From positions 37,014,001-37,078,000 of the forward strand of contig NC_043001.1 in assembly GCF_006345805.1 (NCBI RefSeq): 64,000 bases of DNA, read 5' to 3'. The stretch comes from Octopus sinensis (lineage: Eukaryota). The notes under the pieces were generated by a model. The model was given only the letters and a program-made list of their open reading frames with translations. It did not search any database and was not told where the DNA came from. A program made the translations under genes and the position numbers. This document shows, in pieces, positions 1 through 13,277 of this stretch (its first letter is position 1; each line of letters opens with the position of its first letter).

Positions 1-147
1 CCAATTTACGTCGATAGATTCTTATGGGCGACCATCAAAGCTGTAGCAGAGGCAGCCCAACCTGCTACTATTAAGAAATTGAGAGTTTCCATGAATAATA
101 GGGTTTTTGAAGTTATCCGTCGAAATGGCGCTCATGTGGCTAAATAA
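1..147 (+). mobile_element. C-terminal fragment of a Tc1/mariner transposase, truncated by the window edge
   Basis: Frame 1 reads PIYVDRFLWATIKAV...KLRVSMNNRVFEVIRRNGAHVAK*, resembling the Tc1 C-terminal pattern (LW..IK ... SM..R...VI...GG). Confidence 0.6.
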
Positions 148-480
148 TTCATTATGTCAATAAATGTTATAATATTATTATGGTTTTCTGTTAAATATAT
201 ACTCAATGTATGCTTGATATGCATTATTACCCTTCATTTTCTGGAGAGAAAAAATGTCCAGATGGGCTATTTTCATTCAAAAGCTATAAAGTGTAATTCA
301 CCCCAAAACTGAAGAATCTGAAATAAAAAAAGAAAGGACATTACACAGAATAATGAAAACATAAGAATAGTGTTGCCATATTGTGCAAACCAGTTGGAAA
401 AAGTTTTATCAAAATCGATTTCACTCCTAAGCTATTAGTGTGGTTCTGGTGTGTGTGTTTATATATATATATATATTGTG

Positions 481-842
481 GGGAAGGGATTGTCGATTAC
501 ATCAACTTCAGCGTTCGACTGGCTCTTATTTCATTGAACCAGAAAGAATGAAAGATAAAGTCAACTTCGGCGGAATTTGAACTCAGAACGTAAAGACGGG
601 CAAAATATCTGTTTCTTTATTATCCACAAGGAGCTAAACATAGAGGGGACAAACAAGGACAGACAAACGGATTAAGTCGATAACATCAACCCCAGTGCTC
701 AGCTGGTACTTTATTTCATCGAACCCGAAAGGATGAAAGGCTAATTCGACCTCGGCGGAATTTGAACTGAGAACTTAAAGACGGATGAAATGCCGCTATA
801 CATTTTACCTGGCATGCTAACGATTCTGCAGCTCGCCGCCTC
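481..842 (-). mobile_element. Two adjacent partial tRNA-head SINEs of family A (Deu/Nin-domain-like)
   Basis: Both contain the motif GAAAGGATGAAAGG..GACCTCGGCGGAATTTGAACT shared with the copies at 5786, 11400 and 62692. Confidence 0.8.
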
Positions 843-993
843 CAGAAGCTGTAATAATAAAGTTTGTATTTTAGACAAGTTACTTAAATCTATCAGCCCA
901 AGTCTAACAAGCTTGAAAAACTTTGGCTACCCTCAACAGAATATTAGCAAAAAGTAGTCCAGTGTCTATTCTATTTTTACATATATATTTCAG

Positions 994-1129
994 ATATCGT
1001 AAATATCTAATGAGAAATGAAAAGCTAAGACAACTCACTGAAGTTGAACTCAGGACTGTTAATCAAAAAAATCTTATGCCGCTAACCAAACAGATAAATG
1101 ATATGCCACCTTATTCATCATCTGCCTAA
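994..1129 (+). CDS. Candidate terminal exon of an unidentified upstream gene
   Basis: Pyrimidine-rich tract and CAG at 991-993, then an open frame (R)YRKYLMRNEKLRQLTEVELRTVNQKNLMPLTKQINDMPPYSSSA*, with AATAAA at 1250-1255. No recognisable homology. Confidence 0.3.
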
Positions 1130-1295
1130 ATTTGGTGGTTGTTTTTATATCCGACAATTGAATCTTCTTTAGACATATCAATATATATGATATGCTTATA
1201 TGAGAACGGGAGACTGTGAGCGAAATGGAAAATTATGAGAAAATAGTTCAATAAATACATACACACATATATATATATAAACGCTTATAATCAAC

Positions 1296-1420
<125 letters not shown>

Positions 1421-2888
1421 GTAATTTCCTATATATCAGAATGTGCAAAAAAAAGTTTCATCATGAAAAAATAACAGACAAGTAATTTATTACACATAAA
1501 ATATACCCTCAAAATAAATTTTTTAAATATTTTGTTTATTTTTCCTTAATCTCTTATTCATTAGTTGTGGATTTTTTTCTTATTTTCTTTTTGATTTACA
1601 ACCACTTTTCTTCTTTTTTTTCTTTTGTTAATATTAATGACGTGGTTTCAACTGCAAGTAAAAAGCAGACTGACTGACAAACGGATAGACAAGAGTGGGG
1701 AAATATGAAGAAGTTCCGAGAGTCATAGATCGGTATCAGGCAGTCATGATGACTGAGAAAAACTAACGAAATACCCAAGGCGAGAGAATATAGCGTATAT
1801 AGGGATTTAGTTATTAAATTCGTTGACGTATGCGTCATCCGCCACTGAAAGAAAATTTCGAGAGAAACCAAAATGGCGGATGAGAAAATCTAGATGATCT
1901 GATATGTCAAAAACCATTCCCATCCAGGCAAACTGCTATTACCAGTCGAACATTTATCTGTTTTATCACCAATAAATTTTCCCTTAACCATATTAGAATG
2001 TTGCACTCTCTTAACCCTATAGACAGAATTGGATCACGAAAACCGTCGTATAGGCGAAACTTTATGGTCGCTTAAATAAATGAGGGGATAAAGGAAGATC
2101 ATGGATTATTTGAGGAATCTATATTTCTGTTTCTCATACCTCAAAATGAATCAGTTTTCGTTCCCTTTGTTGATACAACATATATATTTTTGTTTGGATT
2201 ATATTTTAAAAGAAATTTTAATTAGACATCATGTGTGAAATTATATAATGGAATTGGAATACAATAATGTTATTAAAACCTTGAAAGCTATCGTATATAT
2301 TATACGTGGCTCCTGAAAAGTTTAGGCTGTCGAATGTGATGTTGTCATATACCAGTAGCTAGAGGTGTAGTGGGCAGCTAAGTATCGTATTTATATCAAG
2401 TGTTTCTTATATTAAATGAGCTGTCCAAAAATAAATCATCTATAAATTCCAGTCATGGCTGACTAATCGAATTTTGACCTATATCTAACCCTGCACTGTA
2501 AGCGAAAGTATTAGTTCACACTTTTCTTGATAAGTAAAATGAGATAAACTAACATTTTGTTACACGGCGACACAAAAAAAAATCTATTGCCAAAGATGAG
2601 AGCAAATTTTTAATTAGTAGATAACAATGCCAAAAACTGAATATTTAATTCAAACAGGCGGCAATAATTTAACACTTGAAAGTTATTTTTTATGTAAGCG
2701 TGTGAATGTTAATGTATGTGCCTTTTTGACCTCCTTCATATACAGAGATAGCGAGCTGGTTTCAATTCTTAGTTGTAACTCTTTCAGTGTTCTTTCGAAG
2801 TTAATTTAAAGAAATTTAAAGAACGTCACAATGCCTGTCTTCCTTCAATCACAGTCACTAGGTTTGAACCCGCAAGATCACACAGCTG

Positions 2889-2965
<77 letters not shown>

Positions 2966-2982
2966 GTATCAAAGTTGACAGG

Positions 2983-4022
2983 CTAGTCTGAGTGAAACTC
3001 AGAGTAGGGGACTGCAGCGTCGAAAATTTCTTGACCTAAGGATAGATTCGAGATCCTCTTACTGACACCCTTCACTATGTGGAAGGAGGCTGTATTGGTG
3101 CAGGACAGCCTCTCATTTGGCTTGCGGTAGGGCCTGTGTTGACCGCAGCCCAAGTCTAGAGTAACATCTAGGAAGTCTACGGTGGTGAGGTTAGTCTCCA
3201 TAGTAATCCTGAATCCCATGGAGCCTAGGGCGCTGATCAGTTCCTTTCAAGTGTGTGCCTGTTGGCTCCTCTAAAAATGGCCAGAACGTCATCTCTGTAG
3301 AGGCCGAATAGGACTAAAGAGAACTCCTTACCTAAGGGGTCTAGGATGTATAGTCCGATGAGATCACAAACGTCGGCGCTGTCGTAGGAACCCTAGGGTC
3401 GGATTGCTTGATCCACGTCGAATTTTTATTGAACAGCACCGTTCTCCTGACGTGCATGATAACGTCTATATCCCTATTGCTAATGTCCGTGAATCCCTTA
3501 GCGAAGGGAAGTGCCTTGATCAGCAGCCCTTTCGATATAGAAAGGTAAATGTCGAATTGTGTGAACCTTGCTCTGCCCTTCCTCTGGTTGGAGTTAAACC
3601 ACGAGATCATCTCTTTTATACTGCGCTATAGGGAGAGGGCGGAGGCCTCTCTATGTCGTCGTTAATCATCCTCGGTACGTTTGCTCGCCTAGCCAATCTC
3701 GCATTTGGCTGGGTTGATCAGGTAGCATTTGGGATTAGAAGCAAAGTTCGGCTTGTGGTCTTTAATTGTGATGAAGGCATTTCTCTTGGCTAAAATTTCT
3801 ATCCTATCTGCTATACGTAAGCTAATTCCTATCTGTTTGGCTTCACTATTAATGTTGTTGTATGTGTTCGGAGAAGCGCGCCTATATTTGTGTGTTATGC
3901 AATTGTCTAAAAGGCTATTGTAAGTATGTGTTTTCGGTTTTAGAGTCTGACGAGCCATCCATGGGGCTAGGCCCTTTATGGATGCGAAACCATTGGTCAC
4001 TCTATGATCGGACATAGACTTA
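2983..4022 (-). mobile_element. Decayed Penelope-like element, reverse transcriptase region
   Basis: Frameshifted pieces AFITIKDHKPNFASNPKCYLINPAKCEIG, FTQFDI..SISKGLLIKAL and VDFLDVTLDL..HRPYRKPN are typical of PLE RT. Confidence 0.8.
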
Positions 4023-4024
4023 AC

Positions 4025-4025
<1 letters not shown>

Positions 4026-4097
<72 letters not shown>

Positions 4098-4175
4098 AGT
4101 ATGTAAGTATGTATGTATGTATGTATGTATGTATGTATATAAGTATGTAAGTATGTAAGTATGCATGTATGTATG

Positions 4176-4206
<31 letters not shown>

Positions 4207-4420
4207 GTATGCATGTATGTATGTATGTATGTATGTATGTACGTATGTATGTATGTATGTAAGTATGCATGTATGTATGTATGTATGTACGTATGTATGT
4301 ACGTATGTATGTATGTATGTATGTAAGTATGCATGTATGTATGTATATGTGTATTATGTATGTATGTATGTATGTATGTATGCATGCATGTATGTATGTG
4401 TGTATGTATGTATGTATATT
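4026..4420. repeat. (TA)n followed by (TATG)n microsatellite
   Basis: Visible directly; source of the low-complexity ORFs at 4020-4604. Confidence 0.97.
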
Positions 4421-4859
4421 ACCGAATATATATGTCAGGTCGTTTACGCTAATGGCACCATGTAACCCAGTACTACCTGTCGCACGGTCGGGTCGACGGC
4501 GACTAAACCGGCTCCCCTACCAATTCCACTTGGGGAGGAGGTTGTGTATTGGACATCCTGCAGGATTAAAAACAAGACCTGTAAAAGTGCGGAAGAACTC
4601 TTAAGAGTCAACGGCCATCCAATTATTATATGTACATATTTATATAGTTGGCTGAATTGTGGATGTGTGTGCCAGGTGCGTGTTTGGTGTGGTGAACTGT
4701 GAGCAAGTGTTGGGTGTGTGTATATATAAGTTTATTTACAATTTTAATTCTTGAATTTATGTGTGCATATTGCGTGTACGAGTTTTTTTTTTTAATATTA
4801 TATATATATTTGTATTTTTACTTCTTGTATTTTATTTGATTTGTGTGTATTTGTGGATG

Positions 4860-5662
4860 TAGTTAAAGGAGTAGATGGAGCTCCTAGGTTTAATAAAGCC
4901 GTGGGGAAGGCAATCTGTCTTGGAGAAGGTAACTCCGAAGACTGGGAGAAGGACACTCTGATATAAAACCACCGGAGAGGTTAGGATAATAAAACATGCG
5001 ATCTCCATAATCACCCAGTCATCTTGCATTCGTTTGTCACTGGATATCAGATTTTGGGGGAGGAGTGGGTGCTATACATGTCGTACAAGCATGTGACATT
5101 GATATTTAAATGTACAGATATTCCAAGTTCCATGGCGATGGAATAGTGGCGACGTGTGCAGTCTTAACGAGCTGGGAGCGCATAGTCACGAATCTGCATG
5201 TGGACGGCTCAGGGCCCATCTAACGTCGCTGCATTGTTGAAAGAACAGCAGCATGCTTTGGCGATGTCGAGAGCGTCTGAGAAGCCCTTTCTAGGGTAGC
5301 ACTGCTCACCAAGAAGTTTGGGAAAGGTCTAGAAAAGGTGACCCAAACAAATGCCTGTTCTACCACCAAGCTGGTCAGCAACCTGCAGCTGGAGGCTGTT
5401 CACAACATCAGGATGAATACAAAGAGAAAACATGCAAACAAGAAATATAGATTATGGGTAGGTGTATGGAATGTCAGGACATTTCTTGATCATGAAGGGT
5501 CAAGTAACCCTGAACGGCGAACTGGCATAGTGGCCAAGGAGTTGGCTCGGTATAACATTGACATTGCTGCACTCTCTGAAACTCGGTTGAGTGATAAAGA
5601 TCAAGTGACAGAAACAGGTGCTAGATACACTTTCTTTTGAAAGGGTAAACCTACTTGTGACT
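4860..5662 (+). mobile_element. 5' part of an RTE-clade LINE (5' UTR plus start of the AP endonuclease)
   Basis: ORF 5338..5640 contains WNVRTFLD...PERRTGIVAKELARYNIDIAALSETR, the RTE APE N-terminus. Confidence 0.85.
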
Positions 5663-5785
5663 AGGATTTGGGCGGCAGGTTGACTCTTCGTAGTTTCTTT
5701 ATCCTTTTATAATCCTACTGGCTTCAGCCATTGGAATACAGTCATGAAGGGACACTATCTACAATGGTACAGTCCATTATACCTA

Positions 5786-6014
5786 TTTCTTTACTACCTA
5801 CAAGGGGCTAAACACAGAGAGGACGAACAAGGACAGATAAACGGATTAAGTCGATCATATCGACCCCAGTGCGTAACTGTTCTTATTTAATCGACCCCGT
5901 AAGGATGAAAGGCAAAGTCGACCTCGGCGGAATTTGAACTCAGAACGTAACGGCAGACGAAATACCGCTAAGCATTTCGCCCGGCGCGCTAACGTTCCTG
6001 CCAGCTCGCCGCCT
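5786..6014 (-). mobile_element. SINE family A copy with an 18-bp target-site duplication
   Basis: TACAGTCCATTATACCTA flanks both sides (5768-5785 and 6015-6032); tRNA-like head at the 6014 end. Confidence 0.9.
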
Positions 6015-6844
6015 TACAGTCCATTATACCTACGTCTAATCTTAACTGATATTTATTTTGTCAACATTGCAAAGATGAACTTCAATTTTATCAATATAGT
6101 AAGAGTGAGCCTCAATTCATTTGGAATATGAACACCGAACATAAACTAACGTTACAATGTATTTTCGTGCAACTCTGCTCCACCACTTCAACAAACCACC
6201 ACACTTTACTTTAAATTTATATATATTCTCTCCTTTTTTCATATAGCGGTTTCGCTATGCTTACGATATTTTTAATTAATTTCTTTGTCGTTTTCAGCTT
6301 CTTCTATAAAAATATCAAACGTGTGTATGAATTCGTGGTGTGTTTGTATAGGGGTTATTATATATTAATATATTCTTATTTAGCTATTTTTTTGTTTTTG
6401 TTTATTCTTTAGTACATCTATATCGAGGTGTTAGTAGAGTCTTGTTCCTTTGTTATCTTGAAATTAAGTGTCGTTGGGGGTTTTTGTATTGCCTTCTACT
6501 TGTTAATCTGATAAACATTTTTTTGTCTACGTCACATTTTCATACGAAGTTTATGGACAGCTAAATTGAATTTCACATTACGGTTTCATTTCTTTGTATG
6601 TGTACGTGTTATATATATTTGGCAGATAAACAAATGTTTCGTCTGTAATTCTCCAGTCTTTATATAAAGTGTTCCCATAGTTTTTTTTTTTTTTGTCTTT
6701 TGTTTCCTTTTTATCTGGTTTCAAAGTAGTGGCAAAATATCTTCTCACTAATTGAGCAACAATTACATTATTTCAATTGTATTATCTTGTTTCTCGCAAA
6801 TATTTTTGTCCTTTATTTGCCGCATTCGAAACCTTGTGTATCTT

Positions 6845-7290
6845 ATATTCTTTCACCAGCTTCAGTCATTAAATTGCGGCCTAGCTGGAGCGCCACGTAC
6901 AAATATTTTTAGCTGATAATATCAATCCCAGTATTTCTCTGTTTATTGAATTGCTACCTTCTGTCTTTTACTCGTTTGATGGGTTTTGTGGAACAAATCG
7001 ACCCCAGTACTTGCTTGCTTTAAGTACTGTACTTGCTTTAAGTTTGATACTTCTATCGGTCTCATTTGCAGAACCGTTAAGTTACGGAAACATAAACAAA
7101 TTAGCACCGGTTGTCAAGCAATAGTGAAACACACACACACACACACATACACACACTATGAGTCTCCACCCAATTTCCTTTTACCGAATTCCTTTGCCAG
7201 CCCGAAAATATAATAGAAAAAATTTCCCAAGGTGCCGTGCAGTGGAATAGAACCCAGAACTATATGGTTTTGAAGCAAGATTCTTCCACA
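6845..7290 (-). mobile_element. Old copy of tRNA-head SINE family B
   Basis: Diverged match to the copies at 11678 and 13278 (CCCAAGGTGCC..GCAGTGG..GAACCC head, internal CA tract). Confidence 0.7.
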
Positions 7291-7346
7291 CACAGCTATG
7301 CCTGGATAATTCCGTCGTTTCCTCTAATTTTTTGTGTCGTCTAAGC

Positions 7347-7493
7347 CAGACATGGGCAACCCTTTTCGAGAAGCAGGCCGCATTAGATATGTCCCGTCAT
7401 CAAGCGGGCTGCACTATTAAAAAACTTTCAGGATAATTCTTAGTTGGGTATACCATCATGAAAGTCCCAAGAATTGCACTTTGCCCATGCCTA
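7347..7493. mobile_element. hAT (Charlie-like) MITE
   Basis: Imperfect TIRs CAGACATGGGCAAC / TTTGCCCATGCCTA; 8-bp flanks GTCTAAGC / GTCTATTC match at 6/8 positions and resemble the nTCTAGAn target. Confidence 0.6.
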
Positions 7494-9173
7494 GTCTATT
7501 CCATAAAGGTTATATCGTTATATCTGTGATGGAGCCTTATCTTCGTTAATCAATAAATTTTGAATTGTTGTAGTTGTTATTTAATCCCAGGTCAACCCTA
7601 ATCCAGTAAGCTTATAATGAAAGTTGTTCCAGCCATGTCCTTCGTGTTAGTTATTCAACCAAGGATAACATTTAACTGGGAGGGAGAGAGTGTGTGTGTG
7701 CCAAATAAGATAACTTATTAGGGTTTCAAATAACCGTCAACGGAGTCTAAAAAGATTTTGATTTCTGTTTCGTATAGCCAAAAACTTAGAGACCTTACCC
7801 AATTCCAAGAATCTCCCAATTACTATCAGATTTAATTATACTGGTAAATTCTCCGCTGATTATGCTATATCATACTTTTCCAAGTACACTCTAGTTTTTA
7901 CCTTATTTTCTTTTATGTGTACATGACTGCGTCGTTCCTTTTCTTAAGTACACATGATGTAATCGTAGAGAGAGTTGGCTGTTAGATTTAGCAGTTCAAA
8001 TGAATGTGTAGACGTTTCACTCACCGGCAAATTTCCAACCCATTTTTTTTTTTTTTTGTATCCATTATTCTTACTTCTGTTCCTTACTCCATATGTTCCA
8101 TCAATGCGATTAAATTTCTTTTGTTGTTGGTTTAGATTCCATTATAAAGTTATTTTCATTAATTTCCCGGCGGAATATTTTATGTTTTTGATCTTTTCTT
8201 TTTCTTTTTTCTTTTTTTTTTTTCAAATACTTATTCGTTTGAAAGAAGAGCTGGCATTTTTTAAGTCTTCTTATCCAGAAGACTTTTGCCACGATCTTTA
8301 TATCTCATTTTTTTCATTTATAGTATAGCTTCAGTTTTCTCAATATCTTATTTTCCTAAAATTTCTCGTTTCTTTTTATATTTTTCATATATTTTCAAGT
8401 TAGGCTTCTCCATTTATCATCCACGGGATCACGGTAAGTCTTTCTCTTCTTGCTGTTATTTAGCTCCAAATCAGCTTTAATTGAGCCAACCGATTATCGA
8501 AAACATTTTAGCTTGACAATACTGACTCGTTTTCAGAGACAATGTATCTAGGACCAAGTTCTGTAGTGTCCTTCCTCCTCCAAAATAGTAAGATGTAGTT
8601 TTAGGAAAATTTAACTTAACTACCATCTCTTGCAGATCGAGGGACCTCATGAAAACTTTCCCAAATTTTACATTTTCGTTATTATATATTTAATATCTTT
8701 TTCGCTCTACTGTTTCCATGTAGCTAATCGAATGGTTTGCGTACATTTAATAGGACAAAATCCAGCTTCCCACTATACAGTAACAGTTACAGTGTACTTT
8801 AGCTTATTAAGCTCATTCACTTTTTTAAGATCGTCTCCATAGAAAGTATTTCTTTCAAGGCCTTGTTGTTACATATCTGTTGTGTTCTGGGATTGTTAGT
8901 TTATTCTTACCTTGAGAGTGTTTCACCTGATCGAAGGTAGAATCTTTTACTACAAGCCGTTTTTCTATTTTGTTTATTATTTCTGTTGGAATTCTTCCTT
9001 GTGGTTGCCTTAATTCATTCCCTTGTAGGGCGAACTGGCAGAATCGTTAGAGCGTCGGAAAGAAGCCTTTGCGAGTTCTTGAATGATTTATTCCGATTCC
9101 TTTACATGCAGAATTCAAATCCCGATAAGGTCAACTGCGTCTTTCTTCCAGACAAGAATGATAAAATAAAGTA

Positions 9174-10650
9174 CGAGTGTCGGCTGAAACTTTCATAAGC
9201 TGACTAAGTCATTCTCATGGAATGTAACCAAATGAGCTTTATTTTTTTCAACATCGTACCCCTTGCTGTACTTCTTCCATTGGTGTTGCAGTGCTTGGAT
9301 CCCTTTAGTGAAGAATCTTTCATCCTGTTGATCAAAAAAAGTCAATATCAAATATGACGTCATCATCTCTGTTCCCAGCCAAATATTTTTTCATGTTGGG
9401 TGACAGATAATAGTCGGATGAAACCAAGTCAGGAGAATAGGGAAAGTTCAAACCCACAGTTACGCACAGCAGCCGTTGAAACAAAGGACTTATGTGCTGG
9501 GGCATGTCCTGATAAAGCAAGACGCTTTTCGTCAGTTTTCCTGGACGCTTGGTCTTGGTAGCCTTTCGTAACTGCCTCATCAAGATGGCATTGTACTCTC
9601 CATTGATGGCATGACCCTTTTGAAGACTGTCAACAAATATATGCCACCCGCATGGGCGCCAGTTACGTGATAAGGAACACAATTGTTTGCTTAATCCTCG
9701 AGCCAGTTGGTTGTTTGAGAAAATGTCTACACATGAAGCTAATTAACAACAGAAACAGACCAACCTACTCCAACCATCATCATCATCGTTTAACGTCCGT
9801 TGTCCATGCTGGCATGGGTTGGACGGTTGCTGGCAAGCTGGGGAGCTGCACCAGCCTTCAATATGATTTGCCTTTTCCATCCCAAAAACCGACGCCATCA
9901 CCTTCCCTACAGATGAAACGACTTTGGCTTTCTTTGGAGTAGGTGAGAAGAGGTGTTTCCACTGCATGGGTTGTCTCTTTGTCTTTGGCTCGAAATGCGG
10001 AACCCAGTACACATCCTGGGTTAGGAAACAATCAAGAAAACCAGCTGCATCTACCTGAAATAATGTCAGATTTTCCTGTGATGTGATCAGCCTAGTGCGC
10101 TTTTGATCAGGTGCCACAAGATGTGACATCCACCGAGCAGAAACCTTCATCATACCAAGTCCACTGTTCAGAATATTCTCAACTCTCTCACGAGAAATGC
10201 ATATGGCATCGGCTATTTGATTTATAGTCGATTGCTTGTCATCCATCACCATGTAGGGAACATGATCAACTGCGGTGGTAGTTGCAAGACGTCTAGACCT
10301 TGTGTCATCTTCAAGACTTTCTCTTTCCCTCCTAAATTCAGCTGCCCACTTTTGTACTGTTGATAAAGCTGGAGTGCCATCCTCTAATGTATAAACTATG
10401 CTAGCATGAATATCCTTGGGAGCTAAATCTTTTTTCTGTAGGTACTTGACGATACCAAATTTTATCCACTTTCGAAAAAAAAGTTGCTACTAGTTACATT
10501 TGAAGTCTTCTATGAACAATCAGGTGTCAACTTGCCTGTAAAGAAATAAGGCAGTTATTAATAAAAAGAACTAAAATTAACGGATGCAAGGTTTCACAGC
10601 TCTAGCATCACTCCTTCTAGTCAGCCTATTAACTTTTCAGCCCAACCTCA
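9174..10650 (-). mobile_element. Defective mariner transposon with both TIRs and TA target duplication
   Basis: Imperfect ~32-bp TIRs at 9174-9205 and 10619-10650, flanked by TA; transposase motifs WVPH, KVMASVF and PYSPDLVSSDYYL in ORFs 9743..10252 and 9332..9682. Confidence 0.9.
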
Positions 10651-11102
10651 TACTAGACTAGTACTGGAGTCGTTATTATCGAATAAATCCTTCACCTCAA
10701 AATTGCTAGCCTTCTACCTTAATCAGAGACCATTACTGCTTGTTGTTACGTGTAGGGACGAAAATGTGTGAATTTTTGTTGTGGTTATCTTTGTAGGCCC
10801 TTGTATTGTTTGGGGGTTTTTTTGTTGTTTTTTTTTTTCAGGCATTTGACTGTGGCTGTGCTGAGGCACTGTCCTGAAGAGTCATATCAGAAAAATTGAC
10901 TCCAGTATTTAATAAGTATGAAAAGATCTCAGAAACAGGAAAAGAACTCACAGAGAAAATGCGCACAGTGAATGAACACACAATAACTAACCAGTGACTC
11001 GACGTAAATGTTCGCAAAGCCTAACAGAGGTAACATAGAACCAACAGCACGCAAAATCAGACGAAACGTTAAAGCACAAGGAAAAGATCGGAACTGAAAC
11101 GG

Positions 11103-11141
<39 letters not shown>

Positions 11142-11399
11142 AAAGGAAAGTTATCACAATAACCTTAAAGCAGATATAGAGAGAAAACTTAGATAAAAAT
11201 AACGAAACAGAAATAATGATTGTGCGTGTGTGTGTGTGTGTGTATGGTGTTTGTCCCTACCACCGCTTGACAACCAGTTTTAATTTGTTTACGCTCCTGT
11301 AACATAGCGGTTCAGAAAAAGAGATTGATAGAATAGGGACCATGTTTAATCTAAAGGGCTTAATCGAACAAACCAACTCCAGTACTTTAACGTATATAT

Positions 11400-11610
11400 G
11401 AGATGGCAGAAACGTTAGCGCGCCGGGCGAAATGCTTAGCGGTATTTCGTCTGTCGTTACGTTCTGAGTTCAAATTCCGCCGAGGACGACTTTGCCTTTC
11501 ATCCTTTCGGGGTCGATAAATAAAGTACCAGTTTTGCACTGGGGTCGATGTAATTGACTTAATCCCTTTGTCTGTCCTTGTTTGTCCCCTCTATGTATAG
11601 TTCCTTGTGG
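11400..11610 (+). mobile_element. SINE family A, near full length
   Basis: Head GGCAGAAACGTTAGCGCG...GAGTTCAAATTCC followed by CCTTTCATCCTTTCGGGGTCGATAAATAAAGTACCAG. Confidence 0.85.
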
Positions 11611-11620
11611 GCAGTAAAGA

Positions 11621-11677
<57 letters not shown>

Positions 11678-11679
<2 letters not shown>

Positions 11680-12072
11680 CTCTCTTACTTGTTTCAGCCA
11701 CCCGACTGCGGCCATGCTGGAGCACCGCCTTTTAGTCGATCAAATCGACCCCGGGACTTATTCTTTGTAAGCCCAGTACTTATTTTATCGGTCTCTTTTG
11801 TCGAACCGCTAAGTGACGGGGACGTAAACACACCAGCATCGGTTGTCAAGCAATGCTAGGGGGACAAACACAGACACACAAACCCGCACACACACACATA
11901 TATATATATACATATATACGACAGGCTTCTTTCAGTTTCCGTCTACCAAATCCACTCACAAGGCATTGGTCAGCCCGGGGCTATAGCAGAAGACACTTGC
12001 CCAAGATGCCACGCAGTGGGACTGAACCCGGAACCATGTGGTTGGTTAGCAAACTACTTACCACACAGCCAT
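11678..12072 (-). mobile_element. SINE family B, near full length
   Basis: Near-identical reverse complement of 13278-13712. Confidence 0.85.
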
Positions 12073-13277
12073 ATTCCTTACCGCATCAATCTATCCAAAT
12101 TCGAATGTTCCTCGATAGTTGTGGAGTTTCTTCCTTCTAAGTAAATAAGTTGAAACAAAACAAAAAAAAAAGAAATTTTTGCAACTAAGACTCGAAACTG
12201 CCTGAACAGTAAATAAGTAAATAATTTTAGAAATAAATAAATAAATAAATATCTGTAGTAATGAGAAACTATCGTTATTTGTCCAGTTCATGCAATTTTA
12301 TTTTGAAAGCTATTTTCGAAGTTTTTAATTTCTGAACTATTTATTCATTTTTCATTAATTTGTGTATTTATTTCGAAAATCTTATTGAAATGAATTTTCT
12401 GTTTTTGTTTACTTTTTTTCTTTCCCAAGAGGAAACCACGTGCATGAAGAAAGAGAAGAGTCTTAGGGTACATCTGTTGGAATTCTGTAATTCTGTAGTT
12501 CATTAATTCTTACTTTCTTTATTGCTTTCTTTCTTTCTTTCTTTCTTTCTTTCTCCATGCCGCCAATGCGATTAAAATTGGTATTTCAATAGAAACCAGA
12601 GAAGCTTGTGTGTTCTGCTAATAGAGAGCTCTGTAAGAAAGTCAAACAAATGAAACTACGTCTAACTGAAAGTATTACATTCGCTGTTGAGTAAATAGAG
12701 AGATCAAGTTAAACTAACAAATAATTTATTTAAAGAAATTTAATTGCTTTCCTTTGGTTTAAACCACGAACGCTTCGGCTCACTATTAGTACAGAATTTA
12801 GTTCAACAAGTCTTCTAGTCGCTGTTGGATACCAATTGCTTGGTTTCGTTGACGTATACTGTCCGCTCAATGCGATAGCTTTTGCGCTTGTTAAATATCT
12901 AACGTCTATGGTTAATAGTATTGATGAGATGATCAACAGAAAAACCTTGAGATGTCAGTTGGAAACCAGTTGTTTGATGTTATAAACAGTGTCAGGTCGA
13001 TATGACAGCCTTGCTGCCGCTGTTGGGTGCCAACACATCTGGTATGACTGATATTATTTCCGGTGGAAAGTCTTGTGATTTCTGCTAGATACAGGACATT
13101 TAGTAATTACCGTAACAGCATCTTATTGACAGCATAATATTAATTGTTGTATAGCGTTAATTATTTGGTATGTGGCCAAATACTACGCAATATCAACGTT
13201 GTAGAGTAGTGGTAACATTCCCAGAAAACTCAACTTTGCGAACAAGGTTCAATTTCGGTTGATACTTTCACTTTATT

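Noticed and set aside
4441-4620. GC-rich block with hairpin GTCG-ACGG-CGAC-TAA, resembling P4 and J4/2 of an HDV-like ribozyme at a LINE 5' end
   Set aside because: Could not build consistent P1, P2 and P3/L3 helices by hand; a descriptor search would be needed.
12730-13100. CpG-richer, coding-looking stretch on the minus strand (FPPEIISVIPD, SNNWFPT, SNWYPT)
   Set aside because: Pieces lie in different frames with stops and match no family I recognise; probably decayed repeat or pseudogene.
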